Assembly: GCA_963812155.1 (NCBI GenBank)
Contig: CAWETW010000001.1
Location: forward strand, 32,001 to 96,000
Direction: 5' to 3'
DNA length: 64,000 nucleotides
From: Vulcanimicrobiota bacterium
Lineage (GTDB): Bacteria; Vulcanimicrobiota; Vulcanimicrobiia; Vulcanimicrobiales; Vulcanimicrobiaceae
Shown: positions 50,356 to 60,648 of the stretch, in pieces
Position numbering within the stretch: position 1 is the stretch's first letter
Layout: each line of letters starts with the position of its first letter
The notes under the pieces: model-generated
The model's input: the letters and a program-made list of their open reading frames with translations, nothing else
Database searches by the model: none
What the model was told of the DNA's origin: nothing
Translations under genes and position numbers: made by a program

Positions 50356-53300
50356 ATGGTTCAGGTTCAGATTTTTCTTCCCGAACTCTGGAGTCTGCTC
50401 GGCGGCGTTTTGGCGCTCCAGGGCCACGTCTATCGCGAAGCACTTTCGTTCGAGGGCGCGATTCCAGCTGCAATCGCGATCGTGCTGGCCGCCGGTCTGA
50501 GCGAAGCATTCGGGCAGAGCATCGTTCTCTTCGCCAACCGCGTCAAGCCGGCGCGATTCATCTTCAGTCTCTTCGTCGATGCGCTGCTGTTCGCGTTCGG
50601 TTACGTCTTTCTCGTGCTCAGCACGTGGCTCGTGTGCCGCTTACCGGGCGCGCCGCACCTCTCGCTACGCGATTTCGCGCTCGTGCTGGCGATGAGCTAC
50701 GCGCCGGTGCTGTTCGCGTTTCTGAGCGCGCTGCCGTACCTCGGCTCGGCGGTGATCAACGGGCTGCGCGTATGGCACTTGCTCGCAATGGTCGTCGGCG
50801 TTGCCGCCGCCGGCGGCATCGACGTGTTCGCGTCGGCGACGTACGTCTGGCTCGGGTGGCTCGTGATGATGCTCGTGCAGCGCAGTTTCGGCAAGCCGAT
50901 CGTGGCGCTCGGATCCAAGGTGCTCGATGCGGTCGCCGGCGTTCGCGTGATCGACGACGCACAAGTCATCGTCGGCCGCGCCGAATCCGGAACGGCGAAT
51001 GTGTCCGACGCGCCGAACGTCGAGGTCGCACAGAAGGCCCGCGCGCATCCGCGCGGATGGATGGCGCTCGCTGGGATTGCCGGCATGGCGCTGCTCGGCG
51101 TCATCGTCGCGCTGGCGCTCGAACCGGTGCGGCGCGGCATCTTCGGATGGCAAGAACATCTTCCCAAGCTCGTGCAACTTCCGTTCGATTTGCTGTGGAT
51201 CGGCGTCATTGCGATCATCGTGGCGGCGTTCATGGCGCCGCTCGAAACGCTGGGCTGGTGGGCGGGCTGGTATGGCGACGAGATCGACACGAGCGACGAG
51301 ACGCGGCCCGAAGCCGCGGCGCCGCGTACCGGCGTCGCGCGTTACGTGCTCTATCTGGACGGCATCGCGCAATCCAGCGGCTCGTACACGTCCGACATCG
51401 AAACCTTTCTCGACGCGTTGTCGCCCGAACTTCCCGCCAACGTGATCCTCGTCCGCGGTGTAATGGCCTATTCCGTGCTGAACCGGCCGCTCGAAGACGA
51501 TCCGATTCTCTCGCGCTTTTGGAAACTCGTGGACGCGCAGCGCAGCCGCAGCCTCAACTCGCTGCTCGGATGGTTCATCAACATTCGCAACGTCACGATC
51601 GTCGCCGTGTCGGCCGATCCCCGTTACGGTCCGATGTATAACTTCGGCATGGCCGACGTCATCTATCGGTCGTTGCTTGCGCAAGGGTATCGCAAGGGCA
51701 GCGGCACCCCCGTGACGCTCGTCGGATACAGCGGCGGCGGACAGATGGCGTGCGGAAGCGCGTCGTTCCTCAAGCGCGCGCTCGACGCGCCGGTCGACGT
51801 GATCTCGCTCGGCGGCGTAATCAGCGGGACCGATCCGATCTTGCAACTCGAACATCTCTACCATCTCGTGGGCGATCGCGACAAGGTCGAAAAAATCGGC
51901 CCGGTCATGTTCTCGTCGCGCTGGCCGATTGCGGTGCTCTCGTATTGGAACCGGGCGAAGCGACTGGGATCGCTTACGCGCGTTTCGCTAGGGCCGGTAG
52001 GGCATCAAGTGCCGGGCGGGATGCTCGATCCGGCAGCGACGCTGCCCGACGGCCGCACGAATCTCCGGCAAACGCTCGATTACATCGGCAGCATCGTCCG
52101 GGATCGTTTCGTTCCCAAAGACGAACCGCCGCGCTTGCCGACCAATTACGCCCGATACATAGAAGCCACTGGTGCACTCTGGGCATTTCTCGCGTCGAGC
52201 GCGAGCGATCCGGGCGAACGTGAGCGCGCGAGCGGCCGTTACGCCGCCGCGGCGCCGTGGATGGGGCGCCTCATTCTTCCGGCACGCAAGGAGCGGTTCG
52301 GGGGCGCCCTTTTCGAGGTCGGCGGAACGCCGCCCGAACGTGCGGATCTGCTCGGGAAAACAGTGCGCCTGCGCTGGAACGACGAGACCGACGTGCGTAA
52401 CCGCGTGCGCACGGCGATCCGCGACGTCAACTTTAGCGCCGAAGCGGCGTCGGCCGGCATCTACGGCGGACTCGTGATGCCCACTCGCCTCAACCGATGG
52501 CGTTTGGTCGATCCACTGGAATCCCTCGCCGGCGCACATCCCATGGACGACGTCGTCGTAAAACTCGACGGCGACGTGCGCGTCGTTGACGCCGGCAACA
52601 CCGTGGAGTTGCGCGTCGACCGCGAGCCCGTGCAGATCACCGGCCGGTTTCGCGCGCTGCTCACGTTCCTCGGGCGCGCGCCCGAGAAAGACTGCTATCG
52701 CGTCCTCCACTTCGACCGGGCGACGCGCACGTTCGCCGGCGATGAAGATGTCGTGGAGATGCCGGCGATCGCCGACGACCTCGACGGGCGGCCAAACTCG
52801 ATTGCCGAGGGCATCGAGCGTTGGCCGCTCAATGCCGGCGGATGGTATGCGACGGGCGCGTTTCGCGACGGTCGATTCGTCGTGCAGTCGCTCGCTCCGC
52901 GCGATCTGCTGAGAGCCGATGCGGCGCGTACGCCGCTCGATAGCGCGAAGACCGCGGCGAAGTACGTCCGCCGCGACGCGTGGCGCGACATCGTCGCGGC
53001 ACGCGGGGGAATCGCCGCGGCGCAGATGGTTCCTTGGAAAACCGGCGACACCGGATTGGTCGTGCACAGCTACGGCGGCATCGGCGGCCCCAATCGAGAG
53101 AAGGCGGCATCCGGTCCGATCTATTTCGGCCATTTCGCGTACGGCATGGCCGAGGTCGTTGACGATCCGCTCGGCGACGAACCGCGCTTCGAGATCACCT
53201 ACCATCAAGTCTACACGCAAAATGGCGACGGCCTCGTTGCCGGAGCGCTCGACTGGTCGCGCTACATGGGCGACCGGCAATACGGCTGGTCCGGCGTGCG

Positions 53301-53787
53301 CCCGGTCTGCGATGCGCTGCTGCGCCTGGATACCTTTCCGCTCGACGCGCTGCGGCGGCAGCTCGAAGTGATGACCGCGCGCTACCGAATCGGCGATGGA
53401 ACGGGCGGCACGTTCGTCGGCGCCGCGAACAACTGCTCGCAGGACTCCAATCGCGCGCTCTTCGCAGCGCTTTCCTCGGCGAAGTTTTCGCAATCCGATG
53501 CGCTGCGCGCGCTGGCGAAAGACTTGCGAAAGAAGCTGCAGCTGTTCGGCACGTCACGGCGCGACTGGAGTCCTAACGTCTACAATCTCGGCACCACGAT
53601 GGAAGACGCGCCGCTGCGCAATCTCGTTTCCGCGATTGGGAGCTGGCGATGCATCTTTCCACGCGTCGCGTTCAACGCGATCGTCGGAACGTTTCTGCGC
53701 CACGGCGCCACGCTGACCGTGCTCGGAACCGATCAAATCGGCGGTCCGCGCGACGACGTTGCGCCGGTTGCGCCGTCGTCGTTTTAA
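50356..53787 (+). CDS. Large membrane-anchored multidomain protein (TM domain + alpha/beta-hydrolase-like domain + uncharacterised C-terminal domain)
   Basis: Uninterrupted 1143-aa ORF; about 7 N-terminal TM segments; LVGYSGGG nucleophile elbow; C-terminal GHFAYG...NNCSQDS. Confidence 0.7.
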   Translation: MVQVQIFLPELWSLLGGVLALQGHVYREALSFEGAIPAAIAIVLAAGLSEAFGQSIVLFANRVKPARFIFSLFVDALLFAFGYVFLVLSTWLVCRLPGAPHLSLRDFALVLAMSYAPVLFAFLSALPYLGSAVINGLRVWHLLAMVVGVAAAGGIDVFASATYVWLGWLVMMLVQRSFGKPIVALGSKVLDAVAGVRVIDDAQVIVGRAESGTANVSDAPNVEVAQKARAHPRGWMALAGIAGMALLGVIVALALEPVRRGIFGWQEHLPKLVQLPFDLLWIGVIAIIVAAFMAPLETLGWWAGWYGDEIDTSDETRPEAAAPRTGVARYVLYLDGIAQSSGSYTSDIETFLDALSPELPANVILVRGVMAYSVLNRPLEDDPILSRFWKLVDAQRSRSLNSLLGWFINIRNVTIVAVSADPRYGPMYNFGMADVIYRSLLAQGYRKGSGTPVTLVGYSGGGQMACGSASFLKRALDAPVDVISLGGVISGTDPILQLEHLYHLVGDRDKVEKIGPVMFSSRWPIAVLSYWNRAKRLGSLTRVSLGPVGHQVPGGMLDPAATLPDGRTNLRQTLDYIGSIVRDRFVPKDEPPRLPTNYARYIEATGALWAFLASSASDPGERERASGRYAAAAPWMGRLILPARKERFGGALFEVGGTPPERADLLGKTVRLRWNDETDVRNRVRTAIRDVNFSAEAASAGIYGGLVMPTRLNRWRLVDPLESLAGAHPMDDVVVKLDGDVRVVDAGNTVELRVDREPVQITGRFRALLTFLGRAPEKDCYRVLHFDRATRTFAGDEDVVEMPAIADDLDGRPNSIAEGIERWPLNAGGWYATGAFRDGRFVVQSLAPRDLLRADAARTPLDSAKTAAKYVRRDAWRDIVAARGGIAAAQMVPWKTGDTGLVVHSYGGIGGPNREKAASGPIYFGHFAYGMAEVVDDPLGDEPRFEITYHQVYTQNGDGLVAGALDWSRYMGDRQYGWSGVRPVCDALLRLDTFPLDALRRQLEVMTARYRIGDGTGGTFVGAANNCSQDSNRALFAALSSAKFSQSDALRALAKDLRKKLQLFGTSRRDWSPNVYNLGTTMEDAPLRNLVSAIGSWRCIFPRVAFNAIVGTFLRHGATLTVLGTDQIGGPRDDVAPVAPSSF

Positions 53788-54791
53788 TCGAAGGAGAAGG
53801 GAAGATCCGGATCGGCCGTGAGGGCCAGCGGATCGGCGCGCGTTGCGTCGAGTTGGTGAAAGGCGGCCGCGGCAATCATCGCGGCGTTGTCGGTGCAGTA
53901 CTTCGCCGGCGGAATAAAGGCGTCGACGCCGTGGCGTGCGCTCCACTCCGTAACGGCGCGCGCGAGGCCGGAGTTGGCCGCCACGCCGCCGGAAAGCACG
54001 ACGGCCCGATAGGGCGCGCCTTCGTAGGCCATCCCCAATCGAGCCATCAGAACGTCGACGACGGCGGCCTGAAACGACGCCGCGACGTCCTCCGGCGGTG
54101 CGTCGCGGCCGGCGGGAGATTCGAGGAAGTACCGGACCGACGTTTTCAGCCCCGAAAACGAGAGATCGAGCGTGCCGGGTGCCGGCTTGTGGCGCGGAAA
54201 GGCGTAGGCCCGCGGATTGCCGGCGAGTGCCATGCGGTCGAGTTCGGCGCCTCCGGGGTAGGGAAGCCCGAGCAGCCGCGCCGTCTTGTCGAAGGCTTCG
54301 CCCGCCGCGTCGTCGCGGGTGCGTCCGACGATCCGCAGTGCCGTCGCCGACTCCACGGCGACCAGTTGGGAGTGTCCGCCCGAAACGAGCAACGCGAGAA
54401 AGGGATAGGGCGGAGCCTCCGGACGGTCGAGAAACGGCGCGAACAGGTGCCCGTGAAGGTGGTTGATGCCGTAGAGTGGCTTGTTGAGGGCGAAAGCCAG
54501 CGCCTTGGCGGCCGCGACGCCTACGACGAGACTGCCGATCAGCCCCGGCCCGCGCGTGACCGCGATGCCGTCCACGGATTCGAGGCTCGCGCCGGCTCGA
54601 GCGAGCGCATCCTCGACGGCGGCCGAAAGCAGGGCGACGTGGCGGCGCGACGCGATCTCGGGGACGATGCCGCCGTAGCGTGCGTGAAACGCATCCTGAT
54701 TGGTCGAAACCGACGAGAGGACGTCGCGGCCGTCACGCACGACCGCGGCGGCCGTGTCGTCACACGAGGTCTCGACTCCCAGCAACATCAT
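53784..54791 (-). CDS. tsaD: tRNA N6-threonylcarbamoyltransferase
   Basis: ETSCDDT, GGIVPEIASR, HLHGH, VSGGHS, DDAAGEAFDK, SFSGLKT, GGVAAN, CTDNAAMIA. Confidence 0.97.
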   Translation of the reverse strand: MMLLGVETSCDDTAAAVVRDGRDVLSSVSTNQDAFHARYGGIVPEIASRRHVALLSAAVEDALARAGASLESVDGIAVTRGPGLIGSLVVGVAAAKALAFALNKPLYGINHLHGHLFAPFLDRPEAPPYPFLALLVSGGHSQLVAVESATALRIVGRTRDDAAGEAFDKTARLLGLPYPGGAELDRMALAGNPRAYAFPRHKPAPGTLDLSFSGLKTSVRYFLESPAGRDAPPEDVAASFQAAVVDVLMARLGMAYEGAPYRAVVLSGGVAANSGLARAVTEWSARHGVDAFIPPAKYCTDNAAMIAAAAFHQLDATRADPLALTADPDLPFSFD

Positions 54792-54853
54792 AGGGTCGGG
54801 CCTTCGCTTCCGGCGCGCCAGGAACCGCGTCGAGGCCGCGAAAAGCGTTGCGC

Positions 54854-55498
54854 ATGCACGATGTCAACGAAACGATGCGCCTGCCGTCACCGGCGCCACG
54901 GCCCCAGTCGATCGCGTTCGACGGTGAAAAACTTTGGATGGGGTCGATTGAAACGAGCCGTATTTATGCGATCGACCCGCATCACTGGACGGTCAGCGAA
55001 GAAGAGCGCGCCCCCGGCAAACCGTGGGGCATGACCGTCGTCGGTGACGAGTTGCGCGTCATTTGCGGCGAAGGCGATGACGATTCGCGGGTGATTCGGC
55101 GCTTCGTGCCGGGCCACGGTTTCAAAGGAGCCGATGCGATCGGCTGTCCCGACGATACCGGATCGCAACTCAGTTACGACGGCGTGCGCCTCTACGTAAG
55201 CCAGTGGTATAACAAGCGCATTCTCGGCATCGACGAGCACGGCGCGGTCGTGCGCACCATCGACGTTCCCCGCGGGATTTGCGGGCAGTGCTATTCCGAA
55301 GGCGCCTTCTACATCCTCAATACCGACGACGAAGACTCGAACGAGTATTTCCTCACGCGCGTCGGCGTCAACGGCGGGCAACCGCACTGCGAAGACTTGG
55401 CCCGCGTGCCGTTCGCGGCGCGCGCGCTGGCGAGCGACGGCACGCGCTTTTGGACGAATCACCGCGAGCACAACGAAATCGTCGCCTTCACGGTGTAA
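54854..55498 (+). CDS. Small beta-propeller protein (glutaminyl cyclase-like repeats)
   Basis: Repeats IAFDGEKLW, LSYDGVRLY, LASDGTRFW. Confidence 0.65.
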   Translation: MHDVNETMRLPSPAPRPQSIAFDGEKLWMGSIETSRIYAIDPHHWTVSEEERAPGKPWGMTVVGDELRVICGEGDDDSRVIRRFVPGHGFKGADAIGCPDDTGSQLSYDGVRLYVSQWYNKRILGIDEHGAVVRTIDVPRGICGQCYSEGAFYILNTDDEDSNEYFLTRVGVNGGQPHCEDLARVPFAARALASDGTRFWTNHREHNEIVAFTV

Positions 55499-55505
55499 GC
55501 GCGTC

Positions 55506-56531
55506 ATGCCGCTGCGGCAAGCGGTGGCCGTTCTTGCAACGGTTGCCGTACTGGGAACCGGGCCGAGCGACCTCGAGGCCACGTTGCGCTCGACGGCCGC
55601 AACGTACTACGCGCACGCCGGGCAGGTCGCCATCGTCACCGGCCGCGACACGACGATGGACTACTATCAACGCCTGCTCGACGATGCCGACGCGGTCACG
55701 CAAGTGCCGCCCGAAGGCTATGCGCCCGACGTCTGGCACGGTGCGCTGAACGCGACGGCGCAACTCGACATCAGTCTGGCGCAGCAACTCCTGCAACGCT
55801 CGTATCGTCCGATGGCGTCGATTCGCGGCCTGGGCGAAACGCTGATTCGCTCGTCCAAAGACGGTACGATGCAGCCCGTGGCGGTATACGTGCCGGCGAC
55901 CTACGTACCGGGACGCAAAGCGCCGCTGCTCGTTTTCCTTCACGGCCACCCGCAGTCGGAGACGTCGCTGATCGCGCCACCGTACCTCGACGATCTCGCC
56001 GAACGCAGCGGAACGATCGTCGTAGCGCCGTACGGGCGAGGCTACTACGATTTCCAAGGCTCGCAGAGCGACGTCTACGATGCGCTGGCCGCCGCGGAGC
56101 AAGCCTTTACCATCGATCCGCGCAAACGTTATCTCGCCGGCTACTCGATGGGCGGGTTTTCGGTGTTCCTCGTCGCTCCGATGAAGCCGAATGCGTGGTC
56201 GGCGGTCATGTCGATTGCAGGTGCGCTGCTCGGTTCCCGGGCGCGCGAGGTCACGTCGATGCTGCCGAACACGCCGTTCTACATTCTCACTGGAGTTCGC
56301 GACGAAAGCATCCCCACGCAGTATCCCGCCGCCACCGCCGTCTTCCTACGCAACTCCGGGGTTCCGGTGACGTTCTACTCCGATCCCAACGCGACCCACC
56401 GTCTCTACACGCTGCGCACGATTCTCGCGCAGGCGTGGAGCGACATGGAGAACGGCGTCGTGCGCACGCCGTGGACGTTGAGCGTCACGACACCGCTGAT
56501 CGGGGCGCCGCCGCAGGGATTAAAAATCTAA
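55506..56531 (+). CDS. Secreted alpha/beta hydrolase (esterase/peptidase)
   Basis: PLLVFLHG, IDPRKRYLAGYSMGG, G.RDE, H. Confidence 0.82.
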   Translation: MPLRQAVAVLATVAVLGTGPSDLEATLRSTAATYYAHAGQVAIVTGRDTTMDYYQRLLDDADAVTQVPPEGYAPDVWHGALNATAQLDISLAQQLLQRSYRPMASIRGLGETLIRSSKDGTMQPVAVYVPATYVPGRKAPLLVFLHGHPQSETSLIAPPYLDDLAERSGTIVVAPYGRGYYDFQGSQSDVYDALAAAEQAFTIDPRKRYLAGYSMGGFSVFLVAPMKPNAWSAVMSIAGALLGSRAREVTSMLPNTPFYILTGVRDESIPTQYPAATAVFLRNSGVPVTFYSDPNATHRLYTLRTILAQAWSDMENGVVRTPWTLSVTTPLIGAPPQGLKI

Positions 56532-56534
56532 GGG

Positions 56535-57164
56535 TCAGAGGTTGGGCGCGCCCGGTTTGACGAGCGTCGGATATTTCGCGCGCAGATGTTGCAGTTTGGG
56601 GACGTCGTTCGCCGCGATGTACGGATTGTTGGGATTATGCACGGCGAAATCTTGATGGTACGCCTCGGCAGCGTAAAAGCCGTGCAGCGGGGCGACGACC
56701 GTGACGATCGGCGAGGAAAAGACGCGATCGTGCTCGAGCTTTGCGATCGCGGCCAGCGCTTCGCTGCGTTGTTCGCCGGTCGTGTAGAAAATCTCGGAAC
56801 GGTACTGCGTGCCGTCGTCGGGCCCTTGACGGTTCAACTCGGTCGGGTCGTGCGCGACGCGAAAATAGACGTCGAGCAGTTGCTTGAACGAGACCACCGA
56901 CGGATCGTACGTAATGTCGACCGATTCGGCGTGTCCGGTCGTGCCGGTGCTCACGATCTCGTAGTGCGCCGTTGCGGCGTTGCCGCCGGCATACCCGGCG
57001 ACCGCGGAGCGTACGCCTTTGACGGACTGGAAGACGAGTTGCATGCCCCAAAAGCAGCCGCCCGCTAAAACGACGCGCTCGGATTGGGCCGCCGCGGCCG
57101 GAGACGCGGTCGCCGGAGCGGCGACGGCGAGCAGCGCGATGAGGAGCGCGAAAAAACGTGTCAT
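56535..57164 (-). CDS. msrA: Peptide-methionine (S)-S-oxide reductase with signal peptide
   Basis: AGGCFWG, TGHAE, HDPT..NRQGPD.GTQYRS, FYAAEAYHQ. Confidence 0.96.
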   Translation of the reverse strand: MTRFFALLIALLAVAAPATASPAAAAQSERVVLAGGCFWGMQLVFQSVKGVRSAVAGYAGGNAATAHYEIVSTGTTGHAESVDITYDPSVVSFKQLLDVYFRVAHDPTELNRQGPDDGTQYRSEIFYTTGEQRSEALAAIAKLEHDRVFSSPIVTVVAPLHGFYAAEAYHQDFAVHNPNNPYIAANDVPKLQHLRAKYPTLVKPGAPNL

Positions 57165-57201
57165 AAACCGTATAACGCTTTGCGGCGTAAAATGGATGAC
57201 C

Positions 57202-59250
57202 TCAGATTTTCAGGTGCTCGTCGAGCCACCCAAGCCAGAAGCGCGTCAGGTCGGCGGTTTGCACCGGGTTCTCCGGTCCGTGCGTCGAGGCCGGGAAGAC
57301 GAGGAATCGCACCGGCACGTGATTGTCGGTAAGCGCGTGAAAAAGCGCGTACGACAGCGGAATCGGCACGGTCGAATCCAGCGTCGTACCCCAAATGAGG
57401 GTCGGCGTCGTGATGTCCTTGTAATACGTGATCGGCGATTGCTCGGCGTAAATCTGCGCGCCGTTGCCGACGTAGGGCGACGCGAGCAAATAGTACCGGT
57501 TCTGCACGTTGGAGATCGAGAGATTGTACTCTTCGGTCTCGTCGTTCACGGCAGCCCCCGAAACTGCGGCCCGCCAGGTGTGATAATGACCGATCAGCCA
57601 CGTCGTCAGCAGTCCGCCGTACGACCATCCGGAAACGGCGACCCGCTGGGCGTCGACGTAGGGCTGCTTTTCGAGCTCTGCAAGCCCCGCCATGATGTCG
57701 TTGGCCGGTCCTTGCGCGGTGTCGCCGACAATGGCAACCATGTAGGCGTTGCCGAGGTTGTCGCTGCCGCGGTAGTTCGGCTGGAAGACGATGTATCCGT
57801 GCGACGCAATCGTTTGTGCGAGCGGCCACTGTTCCCAGACGAAATCGAGCGCGTTCGAGAGGCCCGGGCCGCCGTGAATGAGCAGCACGACCGGGAACTT
57901 CGCGTCCGGATGCGCGGCCCGCACCGCGTCGAAATGCGGCGGATACGTGACGACGCCGTCTTCGGCAAAGCCGTTCGGACCGTTCCAGTCGAGCGTCGTC
58001 ATGCGTCCGACGGATATGCCGCCGATGAAGTCGTTGAAGTGTGTGAGCCGGCGCGGGGCGGTCGAGCCGGAATCGAGATAGTAGAGTTCGCGCGCGTGCC
58101 GGGCGTCGGTTGCCACAAATGCGATGTCGCCGCGCGCGTCGATCGACCCGGCAATACCTGCATCGAACGTGCTGCTCGAATACGGATCGCACACGACGTT
58201 CAGGTCGCCGAGTTGGAGTTGCGTCAGGCGCCCGGACGTCACCTCGAGACTCCATGCGTTCACGCGCGTCCGATCGCTCGCACAGAGCAGCAGCCGCTTT
58301 CCGTCGGGGAACCACAGCGATGCGGCAACGTTGCGGTCGAGGGAAGGTGCGAGCAGGTCGTCGCGCGTGCCATTGAATGCGTGCACGGCGTTTTCGGCAA
58401 GGTAGTTGCCGTCGCGAGGATACCAGTAGATGAGGTCGTCTGCGCTGCGGCCGTAGGCAGGACTCAGTTCGAAACGATCGTGCCCGGTGACGAGCTTCAC
58501 CGGCGTTCCGCCGTTGGACGAGACTTGCCAAAGCGTCGAGTTTTCGTCGTTTCCGCCAAACGTATCGGCGACCCGCGTGAACGTGATGTGCCTGCCGTCG
58601 GGCGTCCACGCGATTTGCGGAGAGAAGATGCCTCCGGGGTCGGTCGGCGCAATCGTCCACGAGCCCTCGGTGAGACGGCGCTCGCGCCCGTCGCTCAGAT
58701 TGACCACCCACAAGTGATCGGGCGGCGTCAGCGCCGTGGCCGTGTAGTCGTTGTTGCCCGCGAAAAAATAGTCGTGATGGTGCGCGAGCGCCTCGCGATT
58801 GGCAGGCAGATCGGCGGCGACGAAGGCAAGCCGGCGACCGTCCAGGCTCCAGGCGGCATCGATGACGTCGGCGGGTACGTGCGTCAGTTGCCGCGTCGTG
58901 CCGCGTGCGTCGCGGAGGTAGGCTTGCATGACGCCGTTGGACGCTCGCGCAAGGTAGGCTAAGAGCCGCCCGTCCGGCGACCAGCGCGGGACGGCCACGT
59001 CGCGTCCGCGCACGAGGACTCGCAGGCGCCCGGTCGAGACGTCGAGGAGTTCGAGCGAATCGACTTCCGTCGCCGCGGCCATGTTTTGCCGGACGGCAAT
59101 CAGCGCGACCGATCGGCCGTCGGGCGTTATCGCTGGTTCCTCGAGATTGACGATGCGACCCATATCGGCAATTTGCAGCGTTCGCGCCGGCGAATGCACC
59201 GGTGTGAACGCGACGAGCGCCGGTAGCAGAACGGCCGGAAGGATGCGCAT
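57202..59250 (-). CDS. S9 family peptidase (secreted)
   Basis: WSPDG propeller repeats, IHGGP, PNYRGS, GWSYGG, D.TVP, H. Confidence 0.93.
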   Translation of the reverse strand: MRILPAVLLPALVAFTPVHSPARTLQIADMGRIVNLEEPAITPDGRSVALIAVRQNMAAATEVDSLELLDVSTGRLRVLVRGRDVAVPRWSPDGRLLAYLARASNGVMQAYLRDARGTTRQLTHVPADVIDAAWSLDGRRLAFVAADLPANREALAHHHDYFFAGNNDYTATALTPPDHLWVVNLSDGRERRLTEGSWTIAPTDPGGIFSPQIAWTPDGRHITFTRVADTFGGNDENSTLWQVSSNGGTPVKLVTGHDRFELSPAYGRSADDLIYWYPRDGNYLAENAVHAFNGTRDDLLAPSLDRNVAASLWFPDGKRLLLCASDRTRVNAWSLEVTSGRLTQLQLGDLNVVCDPYSSSTFDAGIAGSIDARGDIAFVATDARHARELYYLDSGSTAPRRLTHFNDFIGGISVGRMTTLDWNGPNGFAEDGVVTYPPHFDAVRAAHPDAKFPVVLLIHGGPGLSNALDFVWEQWPLAQTIASHGYIVFQPNYRGSDNLGNAYMVAIVGDTAQGPANDIMAGLAELEKQPYVDAQRVAVSGWSYGGLLTTWLIGHYHTWRAAVSGAAVNDETEEYNLSISNVQNRYYLLASPYVGNGAQIYAEQSPITYYKDITTPTLIWGTTLDSTVPIPLSYALFHALTDNHVPVRFLVFPASTHGPENPVQTADLTRFWLGWLDEHLKI

Positions 59251-59256
59251 GCACCG

Positions 59257-60624
59257 TTGAGTTCGAATGGACTCGACGTGCCCCTTCGCGCCTCACCCTC
59301 GCGACTGGTTACCGTTGCGACCGTCGCGTACGCCGCGGTCTTTTTCGCGCTTGGAGCGGATCGCTATCTCACCTATCACGCGGGCGCGGATCTCGGGCTC
59401 TTCACACAGAGCATCGCAAGCGCGTTCCACGGCTTCGACAATACCGTGGAGCGCACGTCGCATTTCGCATATCACTTTTCGCCGATTTTGTATCTGCTCG
59501 CGCCGCCGCTGTGGCTCGCGCCGTCGCCGCTCGTGCTCGTTTTCGTCCAAGCGCTCGCCACGGCGCTGGTCGCGCCTGCAATCTACGCGATCGCGCGCCG
59601 CCGCACGGACGATTGGGGCGCTGCGGCCATCGCGTGCATTGCGCTGCTGTATCCACCGCTGCAAGGCGTCACGTTCACGGATTTTCACGAAACCGCGTTC
59701 TTGCCCGCGACGATCGCGTGGCTGCTGTGGGCGCTCGACGCGCGGCGGTTCGGCATCGCCGCAATCCTCGTGCTCGTCGCGCTCGCGACGAAAGAAGATC
59801 AAGCGCCCGCGATGGCATTTCTCGGCGCGGTTGCGTTTGTATATTTCGGCCGCTCGCGTGCGACGCGCGGCGTGCTGTTCGGGGCTGCCGCCGTCGTCGT
59901 CTCGGGGCTGACCATGTGGGGTTACTTCTTCGTGGTGCGGCCGCTCGCCGGCGCACCCGAACACTGGGTGCCGAGTCACTTTTACGCCTGGCACGGTTAT
60001 CCGGTGCGTTCCATCGGCGTCGAGCTCGCCGGTCGCCTAACGTATCTGCTCGAGGCCTTTTTGCCGTTGGCATTCCTTCCGCTGCGGACGCCGGTCGTGC
60101 TGTTGGCGCTTCCGGGATTGGTCGAGGTGCTGGCATCGCGCGAGCCGCTGACCTATACCATGGGACAGCATTACGCGGCGGCGTGGGTGCCCTACGTGCT
60201 GGTCGCGTTCGCCGTGGCCGGTGCCCGCGTGTGGTCGGCGGGCACCCTTGCGGCGCGCCGGTGGATCGGCGCGGCCGCGATCCTCTGCGCGCTGACGCTC
60301 GCGTTCTTCAGCCCGCTGCACCTGGGGCATTTTTTGGGCATGCCGAGCCGAGCCGATGCCGCGGTAGCCGCCTTGGCGCATGAGATCCCGCCGAACTCGA
60401 GCGTCGGCACGTACGACGAGATTTATGCGCACCTGGGCTTTCGTCCGCGCGCGCAAATCGGATTGCGAGGCATGCCCGAGTACGTGCTGTACGACCGCCG
60501 CTATGTGTCGGCGGCGTGGAACGCGCGTATGCTTCCCGCCATCCGGGCCGGACTCGCCGGCGGGACGTATCGCATCGCCGACGTGCGCGATGGAGTCTTT
60601 CTGCTCGAGCGCGCGAAACCGTGA
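59257..60624 (+). CDS. DUF2079 membrane protein (GT-C glycosyltransferase-like)
   Basis: DLGLFTQ, HFSPIL, DFHE, KED, QHYAA; multiple TM segments. Confidence 0.85.
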   Translation: MSSNGLDVPLRASPSRLVTVATVAYAAVFFALGADRYLTYHAGADLGLFTQSIASAFHGFDNTVERTSHFAYHFSPILYLLAPPLWLAPSPLVLVFVQALATALVAPAIYAIARRRTDDWGAAAIACIALLYPPLQGVTFTDFHETAFLPATIAWLLWALDARRFGIAAILVLVALATKEDQAPAMAFLGAVAFVYFGRSRATRGVLFGAAAVVVSGLTMWGYFFVVRPLAGAPEHWVPSHFYAWHGYPVRSIGVELAGRLTYLLEAFLPLAFLPLRTPVVLLALPGLVEVLASREPLTYTMGQHYAAAWVPYVLVAFAVAGARVWSAGTLAARRWIGAAAILCALTLAFFSPLHLGHFLGMPSRADAAVAALAHEIPPNSSVGTYDEIYAHLGFRPRAQIGLRGMPEYVLYDRRYVSAAWNARMLPAIRAGLAGGTYRIADVRDGVFLLERAKP

Positions 60625-60648
60625 CCCGACGACGATAGGAGTCTACCG

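Noticed and set aside
56980..59296. Long alternative ORFs (660 aa on +, 711 aa on -) and similar antisense ORFs throughout
   Set aside because: Typical high-GC shadow ORFs, Arg/Ala-rich and motif-free, overlapping well-supported genes.
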